64,000 bases of DNA from Macrostomum hystrix (Eukaryota > Animalia > Platyhelminthes), in contig CATNEN010000010.1 of assembly GCA_950097015.1 (NCBI GenBank), positions 2,108,001 to 2,172,000 on the forward strand, read 5' to 3'. Positions 60,601 through 64,000 of the stretch are shown piece by piece. Positions within the stretch are counted from its first letter, which is position 1, and the number at the start of each line of letters is the position of its first letter. Below the pieces are notes generated by a model that was not told the origin of the DNA, ran no database searches, and was given only the letters and a program-made list of their open reading frames with translations. The position numbers were made by a program, and so were the translations under genes.

Positions 60601-63600
60601 GCTCGCAGCTGGTCCGGCATTTCCTCGTCAGTCAGACAGATGAAGGCCTCCTCCCAGGTGAGGTAATTGAGTCGCTTTGTGATCACCTCGATCGAGTTTG
60701 CATTTCGGCCCTGTGGAGCAAAGTCGATCGAAGCTTCCTGATCCCCGATCCTGATCCCCGATCCTGATCCCCGATCCTGATCCCCGATCCTGATCCCCGA
60801 TCCTGATCCCCGATCCTGATCCCCGATCCTGATCCCCGATCCTGATCCCCGATCCTGATCCCCGATCCTGATCCCCGATCCTGATCCCCGATCCTGATCC
60901 CCGATCCTGATCCCCGATCCTGATCCCCGATCCTGATCCCCGATCCTGATCCCCGATCCTGATCCCCGATCCTGATCCCCGATCCTGATCCCCGATCCTG
61001 ATCCCCGATCCTGATCCCCGATCCTGATCCCCGATCCTGATCCCCGATCCTGATCCCCGATCCTGATCCCCGATCCTGATCCCCGATCCTGATCCCCGAT
61101 CCTGATCCCCGATCCTGATCCCCGATCCTGATCCCCGATCCTGATCCCCGATCCTGATCCCCGATCCTGATCCCCTATCCTGATCCCAAGCTTACCTGGC
61201 AGAGTTTCCCGAACAAGTCTAATTGGTGCTGTAGGAACATGAACTCTTCGATGATAGTAGAGTTTTGCTGAAATGTAAATTACATTTGTGGTATGACTGT
61301 GACTGTGACGAGCTTTGCTTTACTGCTTATTTTCTCAATGTCTTATTACTGAAAAGGCGCAACTGAAATGTCAAATTGTCACAATATGCATAGCCATTGC
61401 CTCTGTTAGTAGCAAGTACGTGGGACTTCACTTATTCCTTAACAAATCCACTTTTAAACATAAGAAAAACATGTGATTCTGTCCGGATAAGGTTTGGCAG
61501 GCACGCGTGAACTACTACAAGTAGTGAGCTGAGGACACAAAATGAAAGCGGACCTCGCCTCACCATGGCTTCCATCGCTTCTTTGTTTCGGCCATAGGCT
61601 TTTAGCTTGAGAGGAGAAAGTGCAAAGTTTTTCGCTTACTTTTCTGCTTCTGCCACGTTGCACAAATACTAAAATTCAAGTTGGAGCACCCAGTGGCCAA
61701 CAGAACAAGATTGGGCAAAAAGAAAGAATTCGAAAGAAAAAAGGCTATGTATGACAGTAGTAATTTAGATTATTAAAGTTAGAAGATGGAATCAGCCAAT
61801 AATGAGTGCCTAGAGGATCAGAAAAAATAAAAATATTCGATCCTCACCTCTTCGGGGCTGAGCTTTCGCCTGTTCAGCTGGCGTTTGCGCGACTTGACAT
61901 GAGTGATCTGGACCGAGCCGTCAGCGTTGAGCTTCGATGCGGCCACCGCCTTCTGGTACTGAAGTTGAAGTGGAGCGCAAGTTACTATCTATGCCCATTT
62001 AAACTTGCGCAACTAACAATTTACGAAAGCATGGGGAAGTTCGGCGAATCCGTAAGAAGCGAATGGGTAATTCGGCAAATAGGGATTCGGTGAATAGGGG
62101 GGTAAACAAACTGCTCGATCATACCCTGCCCCTCAATTTCAACTAGCTAAGAGGTGTCTGTCTGGCATGAAGGTCAAAGAGCCCCTTTTCGATCACTCTC
62201 GGCCCGGTGCCAATCGTTGAGGCCTTTTGGCTCGTTGGCTTACATCTTTAGCGAACTGAGCCAGTGATGTCCAATGCCGCTTGTTGTCCACAGACACAAA
62301 CACCTTGTCCTTCTCCTTGCCGACTGTCTGGCCTAGATCGGTAAAGAAGACTATACAGAAGCTCTGACCCTCCTCCAGCCACTTCTGCGTGATGTAGTTC
62401 TGGTTCTCCGGCATGCTCAAGCCGTCGCAGACGCACAGGACGCTGAGCAGCTCCAAGTAGCGAAAATTCTATGGTTCAAAGAAAGCCAATTCTAGGAATG
62501 AATTGCTGGAGGCAATAAGAAATCATGTGATGACAGTAGACCCAGAGCCAGCTAGGAGGCAACTCTGCCCATTTCGCTGAATTCTGAGCACGCACGCACA
62601 CAGATACAGTAGGCAGGCACGCACAGTGTGTTCATCTGCCGTAACTTTCTCATCGTCAGGCAGTGTGCACTTTCCCTGTACCTTGGAGGCTGGCCCTCAT
62701 GGGCATAAATTGCACATTAAGCCCCCAAACTTCTCTCCGCGGCTGCACCCCAAACGAATTTCGCCTCGCCGCGGAATCGGACCTTGCGAGGGACCTTCCA
62801 AGGTCTCCGCGAGGGAACTCGTTTGACCGCTCAACCATTCACCCTGCCCCATAGAAATGCTAAACTCTGTGTGTCTTCTGCTCACCCGATTCTGCTTCAA
62901 CAAGTCGATGATCTCGTCCACGTAGCTGTGCGGAATTCTATCCACAATTTTCCGGTTGTCCTTGATCAGCTCCATGATCATGTGGGCAGCGTTGAGGCCC
63001 ACCTCCTCCTGAAGGTTATTGCGAGCTTGCGAAGTGATTTATCAATCAATCATAGATTTTCTCAGCTTTGCATGCTTTGCATTCTACTGATGGAAGCACA
63101 GGTATCTGTGTTCAATACAGTATAAAAATTAAATTCGAAGCTGAATTCTGGAGTTTTAGCCAGACATAGTTGAGAGAAATAAGGGGCCAGCAGCAATAAA
63201 ACTTTGCTCAGTGAAAAAAATTTCAGCAAAAAGCGATGAGATTGTGCGCTGAAGTTCGTTGGAAATTCCGGTTCCGTTAATAATTGCTTTCTCGTATCTA
63301 GGAAGCAACAAGCAAACTCCATCTAGAACTGGTTCACATGTACATGTAGCACACATGTACGGGAAATTCACAAAGGGTTGCTGAGCTCGACTTACACTCA
63401 AAATGCATAGGTGAATACTTGAAGTGTGTGGAACAAAATGAAACTTGTGACAATGGAACTGGAAGCCGGTCGTAGTCCAAAAATAACTGAATTCTAGATT
63501 TTTTAATTCATTTAGATTTACGAGTATTTAAATTAGCATTAAGGAAATCTACTGGACCTTTAAGGTTTCATAACAGATATTGGCATGGTATGGCAGCACT

Positions 63601-63720
63601 GGGTTGAGATGACGAAGCATTTGGTTGTTTAAACAATTCGAAAAATAGAAAGCGCAAGTGCTTGGCGATCGCAAGCTGACGTGGTCCTCGCTTCAGTCTA
63701 CTTACATAGTCTGCCGATTT
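45627..63720 (-). CDS. ITPR: Inositol 1,4,5-trisphosphate receptor-like channel, non-canonical lineage (copy B), 5'-partial at the window edge; apparent +1 frameshifts at about 60570 and 46403
   Basis: Exons (minus): 63720-63706, 63008-62886, 62468-62244, 61958-61848, 61267-61196, 60710-60470, 60382-60133, 59953-59915, 59376-59277, 59199-59035, 58954-58867, 58612-58368, 58149-58026, 56489-55702, 55165-55100, 53761-53659, 53570-53484, 53393-53289, 52868-52794, 52465-52336, 52001-51860, 51689-51543, 51418-51386, 50052-49798, 49694-48300, 48169-47810, 47708-47482, 47349-47174, 47067-47059, 46797-46570, 46484-46364, 46252-46115, 45836-45627. Intron positions and phases, and most exon lengths, are identical to copy A. 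Confidence 0.92.
47059..47067 (-). CDS. 9-nt in-frame microexon of ITPR-B (EAD), directly after the pore filter
   Basis: Minus strand: ttttatttttaatcgcag|GAGGCAGAT|gtaagt. Confidence 0.6.
50543..51196 (-). mobile_element. About 650-bp tRNA-headed SINE-like insertion with a 14-bp target-site duplication in an ITPR-B intron
   Basis: TTAGTCTGCACTTC is duplicated at 50529-50542 and 51197-51210. The minus-strand 5' end GGGGCGAGTGGGTCAGCGGCTAGC...TTTCGATTCTCCC is A/B-box-like. GC-rich body with an internal tandem duplication of about 103 bp (50690-50899); tail AAATAGATAGA. Confidence 0.65.
52521..52765. repeat. 16-bp minisatellite (GGGATCCAGTCACTCT)n, about 15 copies, in an ITPR-B intron
   Basis: Visible periodicity. 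Confidence 0.93.
54259..54864. repeat. 47-bp minisatellite, about 13 copies, in an ITPR-B intron
   Basis: Unit CTTTGCACTCATTCCCTGCACAAGTCCTCAGGTCCTG[A/G]TCCATCTCC. Confidence 0.93.
59636..59700. repeat. 27-bp tandem repeat, about 2.4 copies
   Basis: TAGTTCCTAGGCAATAATATCTTACTG repeated. Confidence 0.85.
60737..61187. repeat. 13-bp minisatellite (TCCCCGATCCTGA)n, about 34 near-perfect copies, filling an ITPR-B intron
   Basis: Visible periodicity; flanked on both sides by AAGCTT. Confidence 0.95.
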
Positions 63721-64000
63721 CTTAAAAATGGTTTCAATATTGTACGAGACCTGAATAATTGTTTCGAACTCCACATCTGCAATGTTCTCACTCGTATGTC
63801 GCTTTTTATATTGCAAAGCAATACATAGGAACATTATTACATATTAGTTTTTATGAAGCAACGAAAGTTGTGTGCCTAGTAACCATATGCGACCTTAGAA
63901 ATTACTGAATTCTGAGGCTGAACAGTAGAGGGACCACATTAGTCCAAATCCCCACTGCCTACGAGTACTTCACCATAGCTCCCAAACCGAATTAAAGAAT

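Noticed and set aside
61564-62136. Candidate 42-nt and 18-nt cassette exons in ITPR-B introns
   Set aside because: In frame with plausible splice sites, but no matching element in the corresponding A introns, so they cannot be told from chance
63396-63776. A 71-nt plus 22-nt exon pair giving ITPR-B a new truncated N-terminus (MWSSKQ...)
   Set aside because: The donor at 63705 is better explained by the 15-nt microexon that matches copy A; the 22-nt piece alone breaks the frame and has no counterpart in A

Overview
Eukaryotic (invertebrate animal) genomic DNA with short spliceosomal introns, GC3-rich exons and many minisatellites. The style resembles a free-living flatworm such as Macrostomum, but that is an unconfirmed inference. 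Genes from left to right: (1) the 5' part of a ZnT2/SLC30A-type zinc transporter on the minus strand, running off the left edge; (2) a 3-exon DEG/ENaC-family channel (+); (3) a single-coding-exon PP1 glycogen-targeting subunit (PPP1R3 family, -); (4) a complete, roughly 42-exon non-canonical inositol 1,4,5-trisphosphate receptor-like channel of about 2750 aa (ITPR-A, +, 24683-42431); (5) a paralog (ITPR-B, -) lying tail-to-tail with it and running off the right edge. The ITPR pair is the most interesting part. Both copies replace the GGG[VI]GD selectivity filter with GLIAGIYD and have altered Ca2+-site residues, and copy A also shows altered IP3-contact residues. Both keep in-frame microexons at matching positions, including a 6-nt/9-nt microexon right after the filter. 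Their exons show a sharp mosaic of 100%-identical tracts beside wobble-saturated tracts, which suggests gene conversion or consensus homogenisation. Three +1 frameshifts look like assembly artefacts. The remainder is minisatellites (two with higher-order structure), tRNA-derived SINEs, LINE remnants and a fold-back element. All exon models were built by eye from splice signals, reading-frame continuity and paralog comparison.
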